A DNA stretch of 64,000 nt from NCBI RefSeq assembly GCF_006345805.1, contig NC_043024.1, positions 6,634,001-6,698,000 of the forward strand. The letters are read 5' to 3'. Each line of letters opens with the position of its first letter. Position 1 is the first letter of the stretch. The notes under the pieces were generated by a model. It was given only the letters and a program-made list of their open reading frames with translations. It made no database searches and was not told where the DNA came from. Below, piece after piece: positions 50,591 to 64,000 of the stretch. The DNA comes from Octopus sinensis. Taxonomy: Eukaryota. Both the position numbers and the translations under genes were made by a program.

Positions 50591-50830
50591 GCGGCAGCGG
50601 CGGCGGTGTTTACAGCGGTGGCGGTGGCGGTGGGAGGGTGATGATGATGTTGATGGTTATGGTGATGATGATGATGATTACGATGATGATAATGATGGTA
50701 GTGGTGGTGGTGGTGGTAGTGGTCTTCCAAGTTGGGTAATGTCTGTGGTTTGTGGTTTAAGATGATGATGGTGATGGTGATAACGTCGATAGTGGTGGCC
50801 ATCGTGGTATAGGGTGGGGTCTGTGATGGT
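50260..50830. repeat. cryptic (GAT)/(GGT)/(GAC) trinucleotide tract
   Basis: Directly visible. Confidence 0.9.
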
Positions 50831-50959
50831 AGCGATGGCGGAGATGGTGTTGCTTTAGTTTTCATTTTTTATCAACTTCTTTGTCTGACAATAAACTTAC
50901 AGCCTATCCTCGTTAGATGGCGTTGGTGGAGTGAGTCAGAGTGCGATGTGAGAGGAAAG

Positions 50960-51006
50960 GCGGGAGGTAAAGGCGGAGAGAGAGAGAGAAAAGGGTGGAA
51001 AATGAA

Positions 51007-51045
<39 letters not shown>

Positions 51046-51140
51046 AGGAGAGGAGGGAACACAGAAAGACATCATGCTATAAATTTAAGAGAGAGAGGGA
51101 GGGATAGAAAGAAAGACAGAAAGAGAGAGAGAGAGGGGAT

Positions 51141-51183
<43 letters not shown>

Positions 51184-51490
51184 AACAAAGAGAGAGAGAG
51201 AAACAAAGAAAGACAGAAAGATGGAAAGAAAAGCAAAAACAGGGTAAATACATCATCACACTAAGAGAGAGTATAGAGAGAATGTGGGTAGAGAAAAGGA
51301 ATAGAGAGAGGGGGAAGAGAGAGGGGGAAGAGAGAGGGGGAAGAGAGAGGGGGAAGCAGGAGGGGGTAGATAGAGGGGGTAATAGAGGGGGAGATAGAGG
51401 GGGATAGAGAGAGGTGGCTGAGAGAGAGGTGGATAGGAAGAAGGGAAGGGAGGGCGAGATAGAGAGAAAGAAAGATGAGAAGGAGAATAT
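50960..51490. repeat. purine-rich (GA)n/(GAAA)n/GGGGA tract
   Basis: Directly visible. Confidence 0.9.
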
Positions 51491-51796
51491 ATCTGTAAAA
51501 GAGAGCAGAGATATTAAAACACAATAGACGGTTATATAAGATATACACAAAAAGGATTGTGAAACGTGTGTGTGTATGCGCGTGTGTATGTGTCTATGTT
51601 ATGTATGTAAAAGTGAGTACTTTTAGAATGGTTTTGTTTCCCTGCATTGTTTTGTTTACGTCATGTAAATGGCTTTTGCATGTATTTGGATGTTGAGGGT
51701 TAGCTGCAGCACCATCTTCAAAGTGCGGGCTTATCCGTTACATACACACATGATTATGCATGCACACACATATATTATTCATGCATGTATACACAC

Positions 51797-52286
51797 ATGG
51801 TGGCTGCCCCCTCGTTATCGAGTATGGCCATTGCACGAAGCTTAATCAATGTTGTTATCGTGCAATGCTTGTGCAAGAAGATTTTCTTTAAAGTGAGGAA
51901 AGGTTGTGCACTGAGTCAATCCCACTCACTAAGCAACAGCAGCCATAATCGGAAAAGAAGAACAAATCAACATCATCGGTAACCACTGAGCCGCAGGTTT
52001 TATGTCGGAGTTATCCCAGTTTCCTGAGTTACCTTCTCCTAGAAGGATGCCCTAACAAAGGCTAGGAGCCCTTCACTCCCAATGGTTTAACCGCGCGATC
52101 GGGTATTCAATCCGATTATTTCTATGTCCCTGCGCCTTAAGACATTATTGGATGGCCATTGACTCTCAAGAGTTCCTCCGCCCTTTGACGGGTTTTGTTT
52201 TTCATCCCGCAGGGTGTCCAATAAACACCCTCCTCACCAAGCAAGCTTGGTGGGGTTGCCAGTTTAGTCACCGACGACCCGACGAT
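51797..52286 (-). mobile_element. bipartite RTE-derived non-autonomous element (5' UTR fused to 3' terminus)
   Basis: 51801-51845 is 45/45 identical to the RTE 3' end at 61178-61222. RTE 5' UTR-type motif GGGCATCCTTCTAGGAGAAGGTAACTC at 52026-52052. No ORF remnant. Confidence 0.75.
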
Positions 52287-52549
52287 GTACATACATGCAT
52301 GTATACATATATGTATACATGCATGTATGTATACACGCATACGTGTATACATACATACATACATGCATGTATACATATATGTATACACAGATGCATATGT
52401 GTATACACGTATGCATGTATGTATGCATGTATGCATGTATGTATGTATTATGTTCAGCACATTGAAGTTGGTGCTATAGCCAAGCCTCAACATCCAAATA
52501 CATGCAAAAGGTATATATACATATATACATACACATTATCTACATTATT

Positions 52550-53030
52550 TATATTTGATGGATATTTGTCCTCATCTTGTTTGTTGTTAACACAACGTTT
52601 CGGCTGATGTACACTCCAGCCTTCATCGGGTATCTTGGGGGAATTTCGAACCTAGGTTCTCATTCTTAAGGTATTTTTCCAATGTAGTACTCTTCAGCCT
52701 TCATCAGGTGTCCTGGGAGAATTTCGAACCTGGGTTCTCATTCCTAAGGTATGTTGTTGTTGTTGTTGTTATTATTATTATTATTAATAATATTATTATT
52801 ATTCATGTCACTGCTTGGAATCTTGGGGTTAGTAGCCCGCACTCTTAACCACTACCTCATACACCTGTGGGCAATTATGGAGTGAATTTTATGGCTTATA
52901 AATCTAATATTTTCCTATCGTTCCTTAATACCGGTTCCCATATTCTCAAGTTCCAAATGTGAATTTGTTTGTGTTAACTGCATCCCAAAGATGGAGCATT
53001 GTATCTTTGTTGGAAACCGGCTTAATATGT
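52550..53030 (-). mobile_element. Penelope-like end with tRNA-like segment, partial tandem duplication and hammerhead (52591-52632)
   Basis: CCGAUGA-A-GGCUG...CAGCC-GAAA-CG-UU-GUG. A second CAC-CUGAUGA-A-GGCUG at 52695-52710. AGTGGTTA and GGG-CTACTAA-CCC at 52825-52853. Confidence 0.6.
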
Positions 53031-53053
53031 AAGGTTTATTTAATTAAAAAACA

Positions 53054-53465
53054 GGCGCAGGAGTGGCTGTGTGGTAAGTAGCTTGCTTACCAATCACATA
53101 GTTCTGGGTTCAGTTCCACTGCGTGGCAACTTGGGCAAGTGTCTCCTACTATAGCCTCGAGCCGATCAAAGCCTTGTGAGTGGATTTGGTAGAAGGAAAC
53201 TGAAAGAAGCCCGTCGTATGTGTGTGTATATATATACATATATGCGTGTGTGTGTGTGTGTGTGTGTGTTTGTCCCCCCCACCTCGCCTGACAACCGATG
53301 TTGGTGTGTTTACGTCTCCCGTAACTTAGCAGTTCGGAAAGAGACCGATAGAATAAGTACTAGGCTTACAAAGAATAAGTCCTGGGGTCGATTTGTTCGA
53401 CTAACGACGGTGCTCCAGCATGGCAACAGTAAAATGACTGAAACAAGTAAAAGAGTAAAAAAGAG
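53054..53465 (+). mobile_element. tRNA-derived SINE, full-length reference copy
   Basis: A box TGGCTGTGTGG (53064-53074), B box GGTTCAGTTCC (53107-53117), internal microsatellite, (GAGTAAAA) tail. Confidence 0.9.
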
Positions 53466-53564
53466 ACATACATACATACTTAGTTACATACATGCATACA
53501 ATCGCAATATACATAATTACATACAGTTGTACTTTCTTACATACATAGAGACATACACAGACAC

Positions 53565-53605
<41 letters not shown>

Positions 53606-53639
53606 CATACATACATATATACATACATATATATATATA

Positions 53640-53840
53640 ATTCTCTTTTTCAGTCATTGGACTGCAGCCATCCTGGGGCACGTTGTTGAGTTTAGTCTAA
53701 CAAATCGAACCCCAGGACTCACTTTTTAAATCTGGAACACATTCTATCAGTCTCTTTTGCTGAAACTGCTAAGTTACGGGGATGAAAACAAACCAACTCT
53801 GGTTGCCACAAACACACACACACACCACACACACCAAACA

Positions 53841-53879
<39 letters not shown>

Positions 53880-54050
53880 ACACGCACACACATATACGAC
53901 GGGCTTCCACATAGTTTCTATGTCCAAACCCACTCATAAAGCATCGGTCAATTCAAGGCTGTAGTGGAAGAGACTTGCTCAAGGTGCCGCACAATGAGAC
54001 TGAACCTGAAAGCAACGTGGTTACAAAACCAGTTTCTTAATCACACGGCC
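53640..54050 (-). mobile_element. diverged tRNA-SINE
   Basis: Homology to the main family. Confidence 0.75.
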
Positions 54051-54229
54051 ATATATTTCTTAAATAAAAAATTATAAATTATATAATAAAATCCTTAAAA
54101 AAAACTCAGAATAATAGATTTTCTGGAAGAATGATTTGTATTGTGTGTAAGCGTTGTCCTGTTTAGGTTTTAAAATACGTGTTCTGAGATAATCCATATA
54201 GAAGTACGTTTAGTAATTGAGTTGATTAT

Positions 54230-54420
54230 TTCTGGTTTACTTCCGGCTTTAGGGTTCTTATAAAGTCTTCTTTTCTACCTTTCGTAGTTGATTATTTTCT
54301 TCCTTTATTCTGCAAACTTCCTGAATTTTCCATTTGATCAGATGTCTATCTGTTCACTGCATGGAATATTTCTAAGAGATAAATTTTAGATATGTTGCTT
54401 ATGTATCCTAACCCGATCTA
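54230..54420 (-). pseudogene. Penelope GIY-YIG C-terminal remnant
   Basis: RNIPCSEQID...IKEENNQLRK / EDFIRTLKPEVN resembles the end of the 59833-60340 ORF. Confidence 0.5.
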
Positions 54421-54950
54421 TCAATTTTGATCCCGTGTGTGTGTGTGTGTGTGCGTATCTGTGTGTGCGCGTGCGTGCATGCATGCGTTTGTGTTCGTTC
54501 CTCACCACCGCTTGATACTCGGTGTTTGTTTACTTCCACGTAACAGAGCGGTTCCGCAATCTTAAACAGATGGAGTAGAGTACATATAAGTTTACTTTTA
54601 CAAGAATAATTGACCTCGAAGTTTCAGTTTTCTCACCATTATCAGAAACTTGAAAGTTACTGTCAACCATTTCCTTGTATCTATCTATCCATCCATCTAT
54701 CTATCAATCCATCCATTTCTCTTTTCTTTTGTTCCTTTTCCTTTTCTTTTTTTTCTTTTTATTTTTTAAATTTTTTCTTTTATTTATTTATTTATTTTTG
54801 TTCTTTTCTTCCCTTTTACGATCCCTCTTGATCGAAAACCTACGCCACCCCCTTTTTTCTTTTGTTTTTTGTTTTTTCATCCCCAAAAGAAAGCTCTACC
54901 TTGTAACTTGTCCCATCTGTGTGCAACCCTGTGTGGCCAATAAAGAAACT

Positions 54951-54993
<43 letters not shown>

Positions 54994-54999
54994 ATATCT

Positions 55000-55034
<35 letters not shown>

Positions 55035-55213
55035 CTTAGTCTGTCTGTCTCTTTGACTATCTATTTATCTACCTGTCACTCTGCCTGTCTGTCTACCTGC
55101 CTATCTGTCTGTCTGTCTGTCTATCTATCTATCCATTTATCTATCTATCTATCTATGTCTATCTATCTATGTCTGCCTATCTATCTATCTATCTGTGTCT
55201 ATCTATCTATCAT

Positions 55214-55266
<53 letters not shown>

Positions 55267-56164
55267 CTATCTATCCATCTATCTATCTATCTACCTGTCT
55301 ATTTGTCTGTTTGTTTGTCTTAATAGGTAACTATTTTTCGATCTATCTATTTATCTATCCATCTTTCTATCTTAATTTCTATCAATTTTTCGATTTATTT
55401 ATCTATCTATCTCTCCTGTCTACCATTTTATCTATATACCTACATTCCTCCCTCCCTCCCTACTTACCTACCTACCACCTTACCTATATACAAATATACC
55501 TACACATGTACACACACACACACACTGACAAATACACACGCACATACACCCATACAGACACGCATACACATACACAAAATGCATTAGTCAGCAATTTAGG
55601 ATAGTTTAAAATGTTAACTTATAGCTTTTTAAAACAGACACAAAGTCGTGGCCTCGTTATGAAAAAGCAAGTAAAACGATTACACTACTAAATCACAGGT
55701 CGTAAAAATGAATAGTTTCTATTTTTGTAGGGCTTCATCAGAGAGAAGAACTTCAATTAATCGTCCACAGAAACAAGTGTCGCTTAAAACTTGGCTAAAG
55801 TTTCATGTTTATTAAGTAAAAGTAAACCCCAAACTGTTATTAACATATTAATTAATTCACGTAATGGGAGTTTCCGTAGTTAATTAAGAAGCGTTGAACG
55901 AGATTGTATGCGTTATAAATAGTAACCAGCGATACATCTTCCTGTGGTGCAAACCTTGTCATAGTTACAAATATATACGTGTGGGTGTTTCAGTGAGGGC
56001 ATGCCTGCGAGCATAGGTGTATGATACATATATATACGCTCACACACATACATACGCACCTGCACGTACCTCTAAGTTTGCCTCTATTTATATATACATA
56101 TATAATATATCGACATATGCATATATGTATATGTTTATATATATATATATATATATAATATATA

Positions 56165-56672
<508 letters not shown>

Positions 56673-56688
56673 TGCATATACATGTACA

Positions 56689-57962
56689 CGAGGGGTGTAT
56701 GAAAAGTTTTGAGCCTAACCTAGAAACGGGGCTGCTATATAGCCGAAACAATCTTTTCTGGTAAGTACAGTCTTTTCGGAATAATCTTGCTCATTTTCCT
56801 GATTCTGATATATTTATTTATTTATTTATTTATTTATTTATTATTATTATTATTATTTTTTTTTTTTGCAGTGTCGAGGTTACAAGGGAAATGGAGAAAA
56901 CTGAGTATCGTGCTGTCATCAAGTTGCTTCATTTGAAAGGCATGACTCCATCATAAATCCCTGAAGATATGGTGAGAACCTTAACAGACAATGCTCCTTC
57001 ATATGCGACAGTCAAACGTTAGGTAATTGAATTTAAGTGTGGAAGGGAGAGTGTGGAAGATGATCCCAGACGAGGGAGACCTCCAATTGCAAGCACCTAG
57101 GACAACATTGACCTTGCTCTTGGTATCATGTCATCAGATAGCCAAGAGACTGGGCATCTCAATTGAAAGAGCAGACAACATTGTGACAAAAGAACTTGGG
57201 TTCTCAAAGATTTCCATAAGGTGTGTTCCTCGCCGTGTGACTCCTGAACAGAAATGCACCGGGTGCACTTAGTCCAAAAGCAATCTGGAACTGTTCGAAA
57301 CCAATGAAGAGAATTTTCTTGCTCGTTTTATTACTATGGACGAAAGTTGGGTTCATCACGACCAGCCTGAAACCAAAGAATAAACAAAGCAGTGGAAGCC
57401 CACATCTTCTCCGACCCCAAAGAAGACCAGTGTCATTCTTTCAGCTGGCAAGGTCATGGGATCCATTTTTGGGGGATTCTCAAGGTGTCTTGCTGATCGA
57501 TTACCTTGAGAAGGGTCACACCGTGACAGGGCTGTATTATTCTCAGCTACTGAAACACACCCGAGAAGCAATCAAAGAAAAAAGACTGGGAATACTCACC
57601 AGAGGAGTCCTTTTTCATCACGACAATGCTCCATCCCACACCTCAGTGATTACCATGGCAACAATTCGTGATTGCGGATACGAACTTATTCGCCAGACTT
57701 AGCACTCTGTGACTTTCATCTATTCCCCAAAATAAAAAAAAGTCCTGGCTGGTCGCCATTTTGTTAATGACAATGAGGTCATAGACGCTGTAGGAAGTTT
57801 CTTGGAGTCTCAAGCAAAAGTGTTCCTCTACGCCGGGATAATGGCGCCTCCGTACCGCTGGAGAAAGTGTTCAGTCATCGAGGTGGGGCCATGTTGAAAA
57901 ACAAAATCATCAGAAGTCTTGTACAGTGTCTTGATTTTTTGAGGCTCAAGACTTTTCATATA

Positions 57963-57969
<7 letters not shown>
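56689..57969 (+). mobile_element. complete but inactivated mariner element (DD34D-type transposase pseudogene)
   Basis: TIRs 27/29 identical (ACGAGGGGTGTATGAAAAGTTTTGAGCCT). MEKTEYRAVIK at 56891, CVPR, TMDESWVHH, HHDNAPSH and SPDLA.CDF.LFP motifs, with stops and frameshifts. Confidence 0.92.
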
Positions 57970-58029
<60 letters not shown>

Positions 58030-58360
58030 CGTGTGTGTGTTTGTATGTATGTATGTATGTATGTATGTATGTATATATGTGTGTGTATGTATATACATAC
58101 ACGATAGGCTATATATATAAATACAAATATATATATATCATATATATATCTATAATATACACGATAGGCTATATATATAAATACAAATATATATATATAT
58201 ATATATACATATAACATATACACATACATATATATGTATGTATGTATGTATATATATGTGTGTATGTATGTATGTATGTATGTAGTATGTATGTATGTAT
58301 GTATATAATATATGTTGTATGTATGTATGTATGTATGTTGTTGTATGTTGTTATATATAT

Positions 58361-58412
<52 letters not shown>

Positions 58413-59025
58413 TATGTATTTATGTGTATATATATATATATACAGAGATAAGTTTCTCTCGCACACACACACTGTGTGTTCATGTTTGCGGCTATCTTTG
58501 TGTGTGTAGGTGTATCTCGATGTGTATGCCTGCCCTCTATAATATTGTGTGTGCGTAGGTTTGTGTGTGTTTGCACCATTCTCTGATGAATCATAGTTTT
58601 GTGAATGTTCGCCAGAGGTTGACGCCCTCACACACACGCACACACGCATACACACACACACACACACACACAAACACAAACAGATGCTCGCGCGTGCGCG
58701 CACGCATCTTTACAATAGAGATTTAACACAGATACACTTAACACAAACAAGTAAACAAGAAACCAACGAAAACGAAGCAGGCAGACACCAATTTTTTCAG
58801 CTCAAGTACAGTCATTCGCTCACCCACGCACGTGTACACGCACACACACACAAACACACACACACACACATATATATGTACATGTGCACACCCAAACATA
58901 TACGCTCTTACGTATTGCTACGCACATAATTAAGTACTTATTTTCTTATATTTAGACATGAGAATAGGTATAAATGTAATATACATGTATATATTATGTA
59001 TGCTTCCATGCCCGCGCGCGCGTGT

Positions 59026-59079
<54 letters not shown>

Positions 59080-59332
59080 TATATATATATATATATATAT
59101 ACAATATATATAAATATATGCATGTATACATACATATAATTACATGCCTACATATATGGGTACAGGACATAAAAAACGTTGAACACAATAAGGAAACATA
59201 AAAACAAAAACATGGAAACGAACCTTTTTTCAAACAACGAAAAAAACCCCAGAGAAACGAGACATAGAACATAAAGAATATTCCCCTTCATCAGTTGTCC
59301 CTGTTTCATCTACTCCGCTTATCGAAGGTATC

Positions 59333-59437
<105 letters not shown>

Positions 59438-59439
59438 CC

Positions 59440-60345
59440 ACAATCAAATAATAACTGACATCTATTATAAACCAACTGACTCAAAACAATATCTCCTCTT
59501 TAGCTCATGCCACCCGAAACACATCAAAATAAATATCCCTTTCAATTTGGCAAAAAGGATTTACACAATAGTGTCTGATAGAACAACTCGGGACCTTCGT
59601 CTTCAAGACCTCAAAACAATGCTTACTGAAAGGCAATATCCACCCTCACTTATTGACGAGGGAATTAAACATACCAAACAATTAGACACAAAAACACTAA
59701 GAACAACAAAACATAACACCACACCTACCTCATCTCAAAACACTACTATTTATATCAACACACAACCCCAGAAACAGTGAGGCATTCAACACTATTGTAC
59801 AAAATCTACCTTTACTAACTAGAGATCCAAAAATGAACGACATCCTGAAAACGCACAAACTCAGCAAATGCAAAAAACAATACAAATCACTAAAGAGACT
59901 ACTCACAAATGCGAAGCTTTACAAAATAGCCACGAAAACAACGGTTAAAAAATGTGGATGCCCAAACTGTGGAACCTGCCCCAACTTACTTGAAGGCTCA
60001 GATTTTCTTTTCAAACAAAGACAGAGGTTCACAATTAAAACTAGTTTCACTTGTGCCTCTGAGAACCTAATTTATGTAATAACAAGCTCGAGTTGCGGAC
60101 ACCATTATATTGGACAGACAAGTATGACTTTGAGAAGGAGAACCACTCTACATAAAGAGCAAATCCGTTTCACGCAATACAGGCAAATTCCTCTTAGTGA
60201 ACAAATAGAAAAATGTGCAGATAACATCAAACCAAATTTCACAGCCTTCCCCTTCTACCAGTGCAAAGACTCAATCTCTACACAAGAACGTTTAAATAAA
60301 GAAAGTTTTTTTTATTGAAAAATACAGAACAAGTCTTAATATGCA
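59440..60345 (+). pseudogene. Penelope-like (Neptune-type) element: RT C-terminus, Cys-rich linker, GIY-YIG endonuclease
   Basis: TDIYYKPTDSKQYL.FSSCHPKH.KINIPFNLAKRI, CGCPNCGTC and NLIYVITSSSCGHHYIGQT...LRRR...H. 5'-truncated at (GATA)n. Confidence 0.88.
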
Positions 60346-60644
60346 CGCATAACGACTTTTATCTTTTTACATATTTCAATTCACAATTACATCACTGTAC
60401 ATAAATCCCCTCACTAAACAAGTCTTTCGAAACTTTTTTTTTTGTGTGTGTACATATATATTCCCCTCCCCTTACCGAAAGTTGAACAGCTATCTCCCTT
60501 GCCCACAGCAACAACAATAATAACGATAACCAATTATCTCTCCTTATTTTTCTACTTGTGAAGTCATTCAATCGTAAATATCATCACACACAACATGGAC
60601 AAAATTTCTTAAGAAAATACATATTCAAATAAGTAAACCATATC

Positions 60645-61075
60645 ATGCATACATACATACATACATACATACATACATACATACATACATACATACATAC
60701 ATACATACATGCATACATACATGCATACATACATACATACATACAATACATACATACATGCATACATACATACATACATACATGCATGCATACATACATA
60801 CATACATGCATACATACATGCATACATGCATACATACATACATACATACATACATACAAGCATACATACATGCATACATACATACATACATGCATACATA
60901 CATACATACATGCATACATACATACATACATACATACATGCATGCATACATACATACATACATACATGCATGCATGCATACATACATACATGCATACATA
61001 CATACATGCATGCATACATACAAACACACATACATGCATGCATAATACATACATACATACATAAATACACACACA
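60645..61075. repeat. (TACA)n/(TGCA) compound array
   Basis: Directly visible. Confidence 0.95.
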
Positions 61076-61087
61076 CACACACACACC

Positions 61088-61131
<44 letters not shown>

Positions 61132-61175
61132 TAATATATATATATATATATATATACATACATACATACATACAT

Positions 61176-64000
61176 GATGGCTGCCCCCTCGTTATCGAGT
61201 ATGGCCATTGCACGAAGCTTAACTGTTACTGGTGCTGTGATCGGATGTGATTTTCTAGCCCAGCTAAAGATCTACAATGTCTTGTACAGAATTGGCAACT
61301 AAAACCTTTACCGGTAATAGTCGGCTGTAGTTGTAACTGGGCTTCATGTACCTTTGCATGTCGTTTAAGTCCTCCTGCCGAATTACACTCTCTTCCACAT
61401 GCCCGACAGATATGATTAGTATGGTGTGTTACACCACCACCAGTGGCCGGGTTGTCACTCATCTGTCTTGCTTTATGACTACGAAGATGACTCTTGAGTC
61501 CAGCTTTACTGCATGTCAGCATCATAGGAAGACCCTTCCCATCTGGAAGTGTAACAGCGATGCCCTTCCTGACATCCCTCCTTACTTTCTCATGTGCAAC
61601 TCGAGATTTCTCAAACGTGGCTGTCCCCTCGTGCACAATCCTTCTTCACCTGCTACGATCAGTAGCTATGCCTTCCCATGTGTCAGGAGAGATGTAAGAA
61701 TCTCTTAAGGAAGCCTTCAGCAAGTCTTTATACTTCTTTTTTGGTTTATGTGGAGGCCGTTCTCCTTTAGCTAACTCTCCATAAAAGAGTTGTTTTGGAA
61801 TCCTTGAATCCTTCATCCTGACCAGATGACCACTCCATCTGAGCCTTTGCTTTAACACAAGGGCTTCTATACTTTCACTCCGAGAGCCTTCCAGTATTTC
61901 AAGATCACTGATGCGGTCCTTCCACTTAATGCCATAGATCTGTCTGAGACACATCTGATGGAAACGTTCCAGTTGCTTAATGTGGTATCGATATGTGACC
62001 CACGTCTCGCAGGCATAGAGAGGAGAAGGGAGCACACATGCCTTGTACACCTTTATCTTTGTCTTTCTGCATATGTCTCGCCAACTCCAGAAGCGCTTTT
62101 CTAGGCTTCCGAAAGCAACACTCGCTTTCCTAATTCTATATGGAATTCCATCATCCAAATTGCTATATCTATTAATAGTGCTTCCCTGGTAGACAAACTG
62201 ATCAACTAAATCAAGTCGTTTACCATACACATAGATATATGGTACACTATACTGCTTACCAGGGGCAGGTTGATGCATGACAACAGTTTTCTTGAGATTG
62301 ACTGTCAATCCTAAGGCAGTGCAAGCATCAGAGAATGCATTAAAAATGTGTTGGATATCAATCTCTGTGTGTGCTACTAGCTCACAATCATCTGCATACA
62401 AAAGCTCTCTTATGATAGAGGTAAATACCTTTGTTTTTGCAGCAAAGCGCCTGATATTGAATATGCTGCCAGAGGTTCGATAAAGATGTAAACACCGTAT
62501 CTGCAGTTTCTGAATGCAATACAGAACACCATCGCAAAATATATGGAAAATAGGGTCGGTGCCAGAATATCCCGCTGTTTGACTCCATTTTGTATTGAAA
62601 TGGGCTCCGACATTTTCCCTCTAACAATCACCCTACCATTCATGTCTTCATGAAAAGACCTAACCAAAGCAAGGAACTTTTCAGGACACCCAAGTTTCTG
62701 GAGGACTTTCCACAATGCTTTTCTATTGAAGGTATCAAAGGCTTTGTCAGATCGACAAAAACCCGATACAAATTCGGACCCTGTTCCACACACTTCTCCT
62801 GAAGCTGTCTAGCTGAAAAGATCATATCAGCAGTGCCACGTCCCACACGAAAGCCAGATTGACTTTCTGGAAGAACACAGTCTGCAACGTATTTCAGCAG
62901 ACGATCCAGGAGTATCCTTTCCTACGACAGACAGCAATGATACTCCCCTATAATTACCACAATCATTCCTGTTGCCCTTTCCCTTATACAGGACCACCAT
63001 TACTGCATCTCTCCAGTCCTCAGGTACAGATTCACTAGTCCATATCTTACCAAACAAAGAGTGAAGTTTCTGCAGAAGTTTCTCACTACCGTGCTGTAAC
63101 AACTCCGCATGTATGCCATCCATACCCGGAGACTTCCCATTATTCAACCTTGAGACAGCCATTGCGATTTCTTCCAACTTTGGTGGTTCTGCGAGTGCTG
63201 CCTTCACAGGTAATCCAGGGATGAGATTGAGAACATCCTCACTAACTACAGACTGCTGATTCAAAAGTTCATCAAAGTATTCTTGCCACCTTCGCAGAAT
63301 TCCTTGTGAATCACGAAGAAGTTCTTTACCATCCCTGCTTCGAAGTGGTGTCATCAGGGAAGACTCGGTCCAAACTTCTCGCAAGAGACCATACAAAAGC
63401 TTTGTGTTATTGGAATCTGATGCCGCCTGTATCTCATCAGCCTTCTTACTCCACCACGTATCCCTCATCTGAGAGAGCCTTTGCCTCACACGTGATTTTA
63501 CGTCTTCGAATTCCCTATGCAACACTTCCCTTTCCTGTGGCTTTGCTGACAAATAGCGTGACAAAGTACGTCTTTTATCAGCCAATAAATCATCTATATG
63601 TTCATCATTTTCTTTGAACCAATCTTGATGCTTTCTTTGTATCAATCCCAGAACTTTCTTGCCTATATCATAAACTGACTTTTTAAGGGTCGGCCAATCC
63701 TCCCCAATATCTGCAGCATTCATTTCCTCTCGTAAAGTTCTCTTCAAATTATTACACCTAAGACGATCAACATTCAGTCTTTTAGGCAGGGTAATCCCTA
63801 CAGCTCGGATTTTATGCTTTGTGACTAATTTCACTTTTGCACGTACTAGGCGGTGGTCCGTCCAACACTCAGCTCCACGAAGAACAAAAACACACTGCAC
63901 ATCCTGTCTGTCACGCACCCTAACTAGGATGTAATCCAGAATATGCCATTCTTTAGATGCAAGGTGCATCCATGTAGTCTTAAACTTATTCTTTTGTTGA
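61176..64000 (-). mobile_element. RTE (BovB-like) LINE: APE C-terminus, RT, C-terminal C2H2 fingers, 3' UTR; frameshifted, 5' end outside the window
   Basis: ILDYILVR/WTDHRLV, GKSPGMDGI, GNYRGVSLLSV, GVKQRDILAPTLF, YADD, RWSGHLVRM, CRACGRECNSAGGLKRHAKVH and CQFCTRHCRSLAGLENHIRSQH. Confidence 0.93.

Noticed and set aside
53054-53125. SINE heads as genuine tRNA genes
   Set aside because: They continue into SINE bodies with no cloverleaf acceptor stem or terminator, and occur as many diverged copies.

Overview
Eukaryotic, AT-rich, extremely microsatellite-dense 64 kb window. The repeat families suggest a cephalopod (Octopus-like) genome; this is inferred, not verified. I recognise no intact host gene and no intact rRNA or tRNA gene; most six-frame ORFs are translations of simple repeats. 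The window is almost entirely a graveyard of mobile elements: about 19 pieces of one tRNA-derived SINE, two other SINE families, RTE LINEs (two with C-terminal C2H2 fingers), R4/Dong-type RLE LINEs sitting in (TAA)n, Penelope-like (GIY-YIG) fragments, Tc1/mariner and hAT elements, and two long-TIR foldback elements carrying TTAGGG repeats. The most notable signal is a dense set of Penelope-type minimal type-I hammerhead ribozyme (HHR) motifs from several sequence families. It includes a 434-bp near-perfect palindrome with an intact-looking HHR on each strand, a 343-nt retrozyme-like unit with terminal redundancy, and an HHR element preceded by a tRNA-like cassette. A bipartite RTE-derived element with 5'/3' complementarity and a (TAA)n-flanked ~540-bp element with fixed ends also stand out. 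A few short minus-strand candidate exons are phase-compatible but remain low confidence.
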